Positions 56,901 to 64,000 of a stretch of 64,000 bases of DNA are shown here, one piece after another. Source of the stretch: an uncultured Lentimicrobiaceae bacterium (GTDB lineage: Bacteria > Bacteroidota > Bacteroidia > Bacteroidales > DASVHX01); contig CAZEDO010000003.1 in NCBI GenBank assembly GCA_964511085.1, positions 3,883-67,882 of the forward strand, written 5' to 3'. The notes below the pieces were generated by a model. It was not told the origin of the DNA. It saw only the letters and a program-made list of their open reading frames with translations, and made no database searches. Position 1 is the stretch's first letter. Each line of letters begins with the position of its first letter. A program made the position numbers and the translations under genes.

Positions 56901-58105
56901 GTAAAGGATTTGAATTTGCCGGTAATAGGATTGTAAAGGTTAAGCCCTCCGAGTGTTCCTATCCAGATATTCCCTTCCCGATCCTGAAAAAAAGTTCTGA
57001 TATGATTGTCTGATAAGCTCTCTTTATCATTGACCTGGTGCTTGACGGGTAGGAATTTCCAGTCGAATTCGCTATAATAATTTATACCACCAACATAATT
57101 GCCCACCCAAAGCCCTTTGTACCTATCCACAAAAATTTCGTACACCGAGTTGTTGCTTATGGTATAAGGGTTATTCGGATCACTCATGCATGGAGATATG
57201 AATTTGGATACAGGATCATAAATATTGAGCCCACCACCATCGGTTGCAATCATAATCCGGCCATCAGGAATACGCTCAATATCCAGTATCTGATCATTAG
57301 AAAGTGTCGAATTAGTTGATGTAATATTTTCAACCTGTCGGGTTTTCTTATTATACCTGATAATTCCGGAAGTGGTACCCAACCATATAACACTCTGATT
57401 TTCATTAAATAAACAGAGCACTCTTGCATCAATAATACCGCTTATTGAATAAACCGGTTTGACTTTGCCTGTTACCTGGTTGTATGTAAATAGCCCACCA
57501 AGTGTACCCAACCATAATAAAGTGTCGTTTTCAAAATAAATGGTATTGATCCTTTCTATTCTAAAGCCGGAAGGCACCTTCTGCTGAAGGTTAACACTCA
57601 CTAATTTCCTGTTTTGATCATCATAGCGGTATAAGTCTTCTCCATGTGTACCTGCCCAAATCCGTCCTTTCGAATCTTCTGCAATGGCTTGAATGTTATC
57701 GCGGTCAATAGAGCCTGGGCTGCCTGTACTGATTGTATATGTATCAAAGTCATCAGTCTCGGTGTTATATCGGCTAAGGCCTCCTTCCTGTGTTCCAATC
57801 CACATTCTACCCCTTGAGTCCTTAAATATTGTATTGATGTAAGCATTTCTTAAGCCACTATTGTTATTATCATATATTTTGAAGGAATACCCATCGAACC
57901 GGTTTAAGCCACTCCGTGTTCCGATCCACATAAAACCATAATCATCTTCATTAATAGAATATACAGAGTTGTGCGATAATCCTTCATTTGTAGTTAGATG
58001 ACGAAAAAAGAGGCTCTTCTCCTGCCCCGTGGAAAAGAGTGGGCATAACACTAAGAAAAGAAGAGCCGCAACTACTGCTGGTGCTATTTTTCCAGTTATA
58101 CGCAT
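53981..58105 (-). CDS. Hybrid two-component system regulator (beta-propeller/Y_Y_Y sensor, HisKA, HATPase, REC, AraC-type HTH)
   Basis: 1374 aa. Contains repeated propeller blades (WIGT..GL.R..), a TM helix and the H-box FFTNISHEFKTPLTLI. Also has ATPase DSGIGI, REC LLVVDDN...SDIMMPGMDG and the AraC HTH SEIAYLSGFANSKHFSTAFKRQFSKTPSEYR. Confidence 0.92.
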   Translation of the reverse strand: MRITGKIAPAVVAALLFLVLCPLFSTGQEKSLFFRHLTTNEGLSHNSVYSINEDDYGFMWIGTRSGLNRFDGYSFKIYDNNNSGLRNAYINTIFKDSRGRMWIGTQEGGLSRYNTETDDFDTYTISTGSPGSIDRDNIQAIAEDSKGRIWAGTHGEDLYRYDDQNRKLVSVNLQQKVPSGFRIERINTIYFENDTLLWLGTLGGLFTYNQVTGKVKPVYSISGIIDARVLCLFNENQSVIWLGTTSGIIRYNKKTRQVENITSTNSTLSNDQILDIERIPDGRIMIATDGGGLNIYDPVSKFISPCMSDPNNPYTISNNSVYEIFVDRYKGLWVGNYVGGINYYSEFDWKFLPVKHQVNDKESLSDNHIRTFFQDREGNIWIGTLGGLNLYNPITGKFKSFTFNRSASNSLSSNTVLAIYEDHEGSLWIGTFGGGISIFDRKKNAFRKFSHPDDVSGSLDKASVYAITETSSNKLCIASLGGIYLLDRNTGHLKRYTSSNSHLSSNTIKVLCNDKQGNIWLGTNHGLDRFNPETEDFLVYTHSNTDTTTLANNRILSILIANDGRIWAGTEGGGLSILDQTDGKFTSITSREGLPDNVVNAIVQDGNNNFWLSTNKGLVWYDPMQRKIKIYTVADGLQGNEFNQKASLKTRDGKIYFGGSNGFNAFYPGNLVINSHPPKVIFTDLYISNKLVKVGEPNSPLEKQLFLLKKLTLDFAQSNFEIHFSALGFINNGKYQYSFLMKGVDEAWTDFREVRSANYASLRPGLYTFMVKAVNNDGVASVEPAVIQIRVLPPWWKSWWAYTIYAIIIICSLVLFIRVNTSWVQVKQQLLLERIEKEQLEELNQLKLGFFTNISHEFKTPLTLILGHLDNLKTAGSEKKAETLSNIERNAKRLLFLINQLLEFRKAESGLMKLKATKGNIVQLLQGIKESFDDLANKKNINFELSIKGAIPEIWFDAEKMEKIIFNLLSNAFKYTDEGGSIMIQTRVKDIKENISANERGNYIEIAIRDSGIGIAPEDIIMIFDRFYHVSKTMGVDRKIDSSGIGLAYCKRLVELHHGEIKAESEIGKGSSFLVSLPIGKDHLGDAEIKEEVNFNLKMDYQGFSGEIVDMPVSDSGALPPDDKMPILLVVDDNPQVCRVIAEKFRPAFRVLTAANGTGGLEIARQYLPDIIISDIMMPGMDGIEFCQNIKEDILTSHIPVLLLTAKSGDENQIIGIKTGADAYISKPYNPDLLQVTIENLITSRKLLRNKFTGQPNFIPSEVVSNKLDEQFLVNIISLIENDSDSDTLDVTKLSREMAMSRSVLYRKLKALTGNSIQDFVRIVKLRKAARMLLESDFPISEIAYLSGFANSKHFSTAFKRQFSKTPSEYRMNA

Positions 58106-58132
58106 CGAATTTTTTTTTGAAAGTAGATATAA

Positions 58133-59545
58133 TTATCCAATTACCTCTTTCTTTTTGAAATATTTGATCAACTTGTAGCGGTTCATGTTGAGTAAACGCA
58201 TGTGGTTAATCAGCGGATTGTAATACTGGTAGTTGTTATCAACAATTCCTTTGTTCGAATCGCTGTTCGACGGATCGGCAGTTTTATCTGTTGGATCGTT
58301 ATCCATATACCTGAACCAATGCCAGCCAACACAGTTATTCATTTGCAATAATTTCAGGCAGAAATTCTCATAAAAAACTCCCCGGTCATTCTGTGTTTTC
58401 ACCCTCCATCCTGCACCTGACACATTCCCCAAGCCCGAATCGTCACCTTTGGTATAAAACTCTGTAATAAGAATAGGCCTATCAGTCCAGGCACTCCATT
58501 CATCAAAGTGTTTCTGAGATGGCTCCCATTGCCCGTAGTAATTAATAGAAATTATATCAGCATATCTACCAGCTGCTTTAATAATGCCTTCATTATGCTT
58601 CGGTCTGCCATGCAGCCTGCTTCCAAGAAACATATGTGCAGGATCATGCATTCTAATCGCAGATGACACTACCTTGTAGTAGCGATCGGCCACAAATCCA
58701 AGGAAAGAATTTCGCAAGGAATCATTAATCTGATCAGGTGATTTACCCGATAATTTTAACCAATACAACGCTGCCATGTAATTAGAATCATTTTCATTAC
58801 CCACAGACAGGTATTCGTCAAGGATTTTTTCACTGAATTGGAGTTCATTGTCCGAGAAATGCCCCAGGAGGTTTGGATCATTATTAGTTTCCTCTGTTTT
58901 TATTGCCTGCTCATTACAGAAGGATTCAAATTCAGGATCAAACACAGCAAATGACATACCTTTCATATTTTGCGATTTCCTTTGTTTTTCATAATTTGCA
59001 TAAAAATTCCATATCATTGTATAGCTCAAGGATGTACTGTTTTGTTTGTTACTGTATTGAACCATCGGCACATCTGACCAGCACCCGACTCCGTTAAAAC
59101 CCATATTGATCAAATCGTGATCTGTTTGAACAATCCATTTTTCAACGGTATTAAATTTCGAAATAAGCGCTTTCTCATTCCTGTCAGAGTTGCCTGGCCT
59201 CACTCCACTTACTCCTACATGCCAGCATTTATATCCTTCAGGATCTATTATCCACCACCTGTTTTCTATCTTTTTAGCATAAAAAAAACCTGTTGCCTTC
59301 ATTTTTAATTCAATGTCGCCACCGTATTTGCTGAAATTCTCATCGGCAACAGACTTATAACCAGGCAACAAATCAATAGTTACTGCTTTACATTTCGTCC
59401 AGTCGGAATATGAAACCTTTCCATTTTTCTTACTCCATTTTTTCGCATCTACTACTATTGAATCTGAATTCCCCGCAAGCTTGTTCGTTCTGCATGAACC
59501 CAACACCAAAAAGCATAAAAGAAAAACAACAATCTTCCCGTACAT
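58133..59545 (-). CDS. Lipoprotein, clan GH-A (TIM-barrel) glycoside hydrolase candidate
   Basis: Lipobox LVLGSC. HFSDNE (putative acid/base NE) and ILITEFY (putative nucleophile). A GWHWFRYMDN motif is remembered from GH50-like or agarase-annotated Bacteroides proteins. The family is not assigned. Confidence 0.55.
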   Translation of the reverse strand: MYGKIVVFLLCFLVLGSCRTNKLAGNSDSIVVDAKKWSKKNGKVSYSDWTKCKAVTIDLLPGYKSVADENFSKYGGDIELKMKATGFFYAKKIENRWWIIDPEGYKCWHVGVSGVRPGNSDRNEKALISKFNTVEKWIVQTDHDLINMGFNGVGCWSDVPMVQYSNKQNSTSLSYTMIWNFYANYEKQRKSQNMKGMSFAVFDPEFESFCNEQAIKTEETNNDPNLLGHFSDNELQFSEKILDEYLSVGNENDSNYMAALYWLKLSGKSPDQINDSLRNSFLGFVADRYYKVVSSAIRMHDPAHMFLGSRLHGRPKHNEGIIKAAGRYADIISINYYGQWEPSQKHFDEWSAWTDRPILITEFYTKGDDSGLGNVSGAGWRVKTQNDRGVFYENFCLKLLQMNNCVGWHWFRYMDNDPTDKTADPSNSDSNKGIVDNNYQYYNPLINHMRLLNMNRYKLIKYFKKKEVIG

Positions 59546-59569
59546 AATATTTTTTTTTGTTAGGTAGTG

Positions 59570-61930
59570 TTATTGAACGAGTATTATAGTCTGTCGTGTT
59601 AACTTATTTTCAGAAGTTAGCCTCAGCAAATAAGCTCCGGGGATAAGCATGAGGTTTGAAAGAGGTATTGACATTTTCAGCCCCCCCCCCGACATGTGAA
59701 ATTCTTTTTCAAATACAAGTCTGGTGTCTATCGAATTCAATGTAACACGTACATTCGTGTTTGGAAAATCATCAGCTTCAATTATAACAAACTCTGTAGC
59801 TGGAATTGGATATACCTTTATAGTATTGGTCAATTTCAATTCCGAAATTCCAATTGGACCTGTATATTCAAAAGCCCCTCTGTCAATGATTGAATAAGTC
59901 GGGACTACATTCCCCTCTATATCCTTAACAAGGCTTGCGTTAACTACCGTGCCAGAATTTATGGCAGGCGATGAACTTTTTAACCTAAACCCAACAAGAG
60001 AATCAATCCCATGCCCAGGTTGATCCGGCGATTCAAATTGAGGATCGAGGTCTATTCTATGAGCATCGGCTGGCACATTTGCTATACCCGAACCAAAGAA
60101 AATATTGTAATCGAACTCATTGCCGGTACTTGCGCCCAGATCAACTGATGCACCTGCTCCCATTACCTGAAAAATATTGTTATAGTACTTAGTATTAGAT
60201 GAATAACCTTCCCAGCTTTTATGCCGGATCAGGTCAATATTTGTCAAAGAAGCTTTGCTATAAATAGTGTTATTATAGATACTGCTATTGGTGGCAGAAC
60301 CCGAAGTACGGATGACATGATCAGCATTATTCGCCATAACATTGTAGCGAATAACAGTACCGTCATTAAAATTACTGCCAGGGCCTCCTGTTAAAAGAAT
60401 TGCCCCATATCCGTTGTCGTGGCTGTAATTATACTGAATAGTTGTATACTTCGAATTATAATCACTGTCGAATCCTCCGGCATCTTCGTCACCACTGTTA
60501 TACTTTGTAAAACAGGCTTCATTATATTGCCATAGCGCATAATTGGTGTTGAAACTGAAAGAGGCATTCCCCGAACCTTTTATCGAACAATTGTTAAAAA
60601 GATTGTTTTCCATTATTGGCTTGAAGGCAACCCGCACAATAAGCGCATTGGCTCCGGTGCGCTCAAATGTATTATTCCTGAAAATCATATTTGTGCTCGG
60701 TGTCCAGTTCCCATCGGTTGAGAGGGTTCGGTCGCTCCATGATGAACGGTTGGAAATTCCGGTACGGTCCAGATCGTGGATATAACAGTCTTCAACAAGT
60801 AGTGTATCAAAATATGTAGGTGTTGCGGAGCCGGTTACATCAAAAAATATCCCACCATTATTTTTAGATGTTTCACCATCCATACTTCCATTTACATCCG
60901 AAATTTCCAGACGTCGAAAAATTAGATGCCGCACAACTCCCATGTCGTCTGCCTGCACATACAAGGCTCTTCTAAAATCAACAGTATCGCCATGATTCGT
61001 AATAGAAAGATCCTGAACTTCTATATATTTTTGGTTGGTCAATTGCATAGTGTTTTGGACTAAACCCTGTCCTTCTATTTTAGGATTAGCCCCTTCGCCG
61101 TATTTACCAACACAGATTGGTTTGCCAGCTACACCACTGCCTTTGAAACTGAGTTGTCCCTGCCAGACAACTCCTGCTTTTAATAGGATTGAATCCCCTG
61201 GTTCAAAAGTAGTTGCACTGATATTTGCAAGGCTTTTCCAAGCCTGGGAAGGGTTTGCAGCCGAATTATCGTCATTACCGGCATTAAAATCGACATAATA
61301 AGCACCGGTACGGTGAAAAGGTACCGGCCCTTCAACTAATTCCAATAAAGGTTGGTTCCCCGACGAATTCTCTTTCGAATGCCACCGTGTGTCTTTTGTA
61401 GAAACTGCACCTCCCACATCTTTAAGTATGAAAGCCACGTTTACTCGTCCTTCACTTACTGCCTGATTTAAATAACTTGTCACATCCCACGCATAGTAAC
61501 CTTCTCCGGCCACAAGCACTATATCGCCTATAAATACACCCGGAGGCCGGGTATTGCCTGTAAGCGATTCCTCCTGCCATGCAGTATCGGTAGAATATAT
61601 CTGCGTTCTTTTTGTCTCAAGCACTTTCCCGTATAATTTTACCTGGGCCGAAACAAAAGTCGTGTCGAATGAACCAATATGGAATTTGATATATGTTTCG
61701 CGTGTAAACTCCTCAGAAGATACGCTCTTCCTTGTTTTGAGACTGTCAGGATCTATTATCCCATAAGGGTCGTTTGCCTTTAATCCGCCGGCATAAATGT
61801 AGCAATCGTCATGAGCTGGAAATACAAATTGAGCTGCTGCCTGCTGGCCGAATCCAAAGATTAACAAAAGCAGATAGATACATGAACCTGCCCTGGTAAA
61901 AGAAGTAAAGGAATTTTCGTTTTTATGCAT
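59570..61930 (-). CDS. T9SS cargo enzyme: DNRLRE-like domain plus right-handed parallel beta-helix (polysaccharide lyase/hydrolase-like)
   Basis: Start moved to MHKNENS (ATG at 61930) to avoid overlap with susD. The core is homologous to 18589..22029 (AWKSLANISATTFEPGDSILLKAGVVWQGQL versus AWKTLTKVNATTFTANNRILFKAGGVWTGKL). CTD is IKVYPIPATEFVI...GAYLLRLTSENKLTRQTIILVQ. Confidence 0.8.
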   Translation of the reverse strand: MHKNENSFTSFTRAGSCIYLLLLIFGFGQQAAAQFVFPAHDDCYIYAGGLKANDPYGIIDPDSLKTRKSVSSEEFTRETYIKFHIGSFDTTFVSAQVKLYGKVLETKRTQIYSTDTAWQEESLTGNTRPPGVFIGDIVLVAGEGYYAWDVTSYLNQAVSEGRVNVAFILKDVGGAVSTKDTRWHSKENSSGNQPLLELVEGPVPFHRTGAYYVDFNAGNDDNSAANPSQAWKSLANISATTFEPGDSILLKAGVVWQGQLSFKGSGVAGKPICVGKYGEGANPKIEGQGLVQNTMQLTNQKYIEVQDLSITNHGDTVDFRRALYVQADDMGVVRHLIFRRLEISDVNGSMDGETSKNNGGIFFDVTGSATPTYFDTLLVEDCYIHDLDRTGISNRSSWSDRTLSTDGNWTPSTNMIFRNNTFERTGANALIVRVAFKPIMENNLFNNCSIKGSGNASFSFNTNYALWQYNEACFTKYNSGDEDAGGFDSDYNSKYTTIQYNYSHDNGYGAILLTGGPGSNFNDGTVIRYNVMANNADHVIRTSGSATNSSIYNNTIYSKASLTNIDLIRHKSWEGYSSNTKYYNNIFQVMGAGASVDLGASTGNEFDYNIFFGSGIANVPADAHRIDLDPQFESPDQPGHGIDSLVGFRLKSSSPAINSGTVVNASLVKDIEGNVVPTYSIIDRGAFEYTGPIGISELKLTNTIKVYPIPATEFVIIEADDFPNTNVRVTLNSIDTRLVFEKEFHMSGGGLKMSIPLSNLMLIPGAYLLRLTSENKLTRQTIILVQ
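59681..59690 (-). repeat. G10 homopolymer (coding strand) inside the T9SS CTD coding region
   Basis: C10 on the plus strand. It encodes S-GGG in ...EFHMSGGGLKMSI, 36 codons before the stop. Confidence 0.85.
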
Positions 61931-61995
61931 TTTATAAATTCGAAGTTTCGATTTAATATTATTGAAATTAACCATCACCTGTGCGGCATGAGCCA

Positions 61996-63630
61996 TTAGT
62001 AATATCCGAAATTTTGCGGGAATCCTCCCATAGCATCTATTTCAGATTGTGGTATCGGCCAACGAATATGGAAATCCTTAATATTTGAACGGGATGAGTA
62101 CCAGGCCGGATCAGTAGCTATAATCCCCCTGAACATTGTTGTACCTCCGGATGCCCTTACCCTCTCTACCAGAAGTCCCAGCCTTTTTAAGAAGAACCAG
62201 CGCCTTCCCTCAAAAGCCAATTCACGTGCATGTTCTTCCAGCAGCGTTTCTTCATCCATGGTAGTGAGGATTTGATTCGGGTCTTCTGCCGATATCCGTT
62301 TCTTTCTCAACTCGTTGAGGTAATAAAGAGCCTGACCTGTATTTCCCATCCGCAGATTTGCTTCTGCAGCCATGAGGTAAACTTCTGAAAACCTGTAGAT
62401 ATAAATATTATTAAACGAACGCGTTGTATTAGCGATCTTTACATAATCAAAGTACTTTTTGCAACCGACGCTTGCATTCTTGAAAAAATTTGTACCGGTT
62501 AACATCGGCCCCTGTCCGTATTTTAAGGTATCTCCAAACTTATATGTTTGATTTGTAAAGTCAAATGTCTCATTATTATACGTGTAGTAATGCTGCCACC
62601 ATGCATCCCATCGCTTATCGTATTTCGGATTATACAGGCTCAGAAGGTATTCATTTGGAAAAACCCTGGCCCATCCGTAACCACCAAATTCCGATACCTG
62701 GCTTGTGCCTGGAACCTGCTTGTAGTCAGCAGTAAAAACAAGAGGAAGCCTATGGCCTGAAGGCGCTCCGGTAGAAGAGCTAACATCGGCACCGCCGACA
62801 GCAAACTCATCAAATTGCATTACATAGATACCTTCGGATGTGTTGTTCCTTGCATCTTTTGTAAAAACAAGTGAAGGATCAATAAGTGCATAAGGCCCAT
62901 CGGTTATTAGTTTTTCAGAAAGCGCAGCAGCTGTCGGCCAATCCTGCCTCCATAAGGCAACATCAATTCTCAGGAATAAGGCAGCGCCAAGACCAAATTG
63001 TCCCGGTCTTGCAGTCCAATCGTTTCCATAATAACTAATAGCTGAATCAAGATCAGCAATAATTACTTTATACACTTCATCCTGGGTAGCTACGGAATAT
63101 ATCCTGTTTGCTATGTTATCTACGGTTGTAGGTTCAAGGTTAAGCCATATATTATCAAATTTACGTACAAGCCAGAAAAATGAATTAGCACGGTGAATAT
63201 AAGCTTCGCGAAGTATCTTTTTTTTATCTGCTTCCGGCACATCTGCAGCCATGCCAAAAGTGATTATACTATTAGCCCTTTCAATAATCCTGTATTCTTT
63301 CTTCCACCAACTACTAACAACGCCCTGGGTGGGGAAATTCAGGTCAGGGCGATAGCGTGCGACGCATTGATTAAGTGCAGCCCGCATGAAATCGATATCG
63401 GTGCCACAATCACCTAATACCACATCAAAATCGCTGCTTTCGTTATCATCTGCCTGGGCACGTTCAAGAGAATACAGCCCATTGACTGCAGATTGCAAAC
63501 CATCTTTTGTATTGAACAGGAAGTCGGTTGTTACTGAAGACGGGTTTTCTTCTACGAGATAATCTTTGCAGCCCCATAAACCAGTTAAGAGGACAAGCAA
63601 CAACAGGAAATATACTTTATTGTCTTTCAT
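61996..63630 (-). CDS. susD: SusD/RagB family nutrient-binding outer-membrane lipoprotein
   Basis: 544 aa. Lipobox LTGLWGC and a TPR-like SusD fold pattern. Lies immediately downstream of a SusC-like gene. Confidence 0.88.
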   Translation of the reverse strand: MKDNKVYFLLLLVLLTGLWGCKDYLVEENPSSVTTDFLFNTKDGLQSAVNGLYSLERAQADDNESSDFDVVLGDCGTDIDFMRAALNQCVARYRPDLNFPTQGVVSSWWKKEYRIIERANSIITFGMAADVPEADKKKILREAYIHRANSFFWLVRKFDNIWLNLEPTTVDNIANRIYSVATQDEVYKVIIADLDSAISYYGNDWTARPGQFGLGAALFLRIDVALWRQDWPTAAALSEKLITDGPYALIDPSLVFTKDARNNTSEGIYVMQFDEFAVGGADVSSSTGAPSGHRLPLVFTADYKQVPGTSQVSEFGGYGWARVFPNEYLLSLYNPKYDKRWDAWWQHYYTYNNETFDFTNQTYKFGDTLKYGQGPMLTGTNFFKNASVGCKKYFDYVKIANTTRSFNNIYIYRFSEVYLMAAEANLRMGNTGQALYYLNELRKKRISAEDPNQILTTMDEETLLEEHARELAFEGRRWFFLKRLGLLVERVRASGGTTMFRGIIATDPAWYSSRSNIKDFHIRWPIPQSEIDAMGGFPQNFGYY

Positions 63631-63652
63631 TGTTTATTGTATTAAGCAGTCA

Positions 63653-64000
63653 TTAAAAATTCACGTTTACACCAAAGGTATAGTTAACGGTTTCAGGATA
63701 GGAATCTGGGTTTGTTTCCGGGCTCACCGAAAGGTATTTAGTAATCGTAATAAGGTTATCGCCCCGCAGATATACCCTTACTCTGCCAATGTTTGCTGCC
63801 TTTGCCCATTGTTTCGGCAACGTGTAAGCAAGTGTCAGATTCGTAAGCCTCACATAGGAAGCATCCTGATAATCGAGCGTACCTCGGTACTCTGAAGTTA
63901 CCGTTTCGTGTGGCCTGAAAGTGGAGTTTGAAGGATTTTCCGGCGTCCAGTAATCACGTTTAATACCGTTTTTATAACCTTGAAGTGAGCCGCCATAATT
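63653..64000 (-). CDS. susC: SusC/RagA family TonB-dependent outer-membrane transporter (3' end only; gene continues beyond the window)
   Basis: The reading frame is open to the window edge. The C-terminal beta-barrel strands end ...YTFGVNVNF with a terminal Phe. Followed 22 nt later by susD. Confidence 0.8.
   Translation of the reverse strand, partial: NYGGSLQGYKNGIKRDYWTPENPSNSTFRPHETVTSEYRGTLDYQDASYVRLTNLTLAYTLPKQWAKAANIGRVRVYLRGDNLITITKYLSVSPETNPDSYPETVNYTFGVNVNF

Overview
Bacteroidota-type chromosomal segment. Supporting marks are type-A T9SS C-terminal domains, a SusC/SusD pair, a hybrid two-component regulator, TAnnTTTG-type -7 promoter boxes and an AT-rich genome. I support 39 protein genes (34 on the minus strand) and one tRNA-His. 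No CRISPR array, IS element, integrase or prophage was recognised.

Layout:
- 0.5-15.5 kb: housekeeping genes (pfkA, hup, fmt, trmH-like, an extended bTHX, a murD plus MurL-like pair, rhomboid, ABC permease, tRNA-His).
- 15.5-36.3 kb: accessory island of five giant secreted proteins (941-1372 aa), a SurA-like gene and two glycine-rich miniproteins.
- 36.9-49.3 kb: hexuronate/glucuronide catabolic cluster (exuT, uxaC, kdgK, SDR, GH2, LarA-like).
- 49.5-53.6 kb: two more T9SS cargo proteins.
- 54-64 kb: HTCS regulator plus a SusC/SusD locus with a clan GH-A hydrolase and a DNRLRE/beta-helix enzyme.

Best candidate for an undescribed system is a co-regulated surface-protein system with four parts:
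1. A fixed-geometry promoter/operator module (GAAACC-N15-GAAACC-N20-TAnnTT..) occurs six times, once before each giant-protein transcription unit.
2. A tandemly duplicated two-gene cassette pairs a giant T9SS cargo with a 77-78 aa miniprotein. The miniprotein is little more than a signal peptide plus a tripartite sorting-signal-like tail (GGGAPIxxGL motif, TM helix, basic tail).
3. Three proteins carry a conserved 190-aa beta-sandwich plus dockerin-like C-terminal module in place of the T9SS CTD found on their paralogs.
4. A G10 tract lies inside the CTD coding region of one cargo.

CDS coordinates come from the ORF track. Hand-derived motif coordinates are +/-2 nt.
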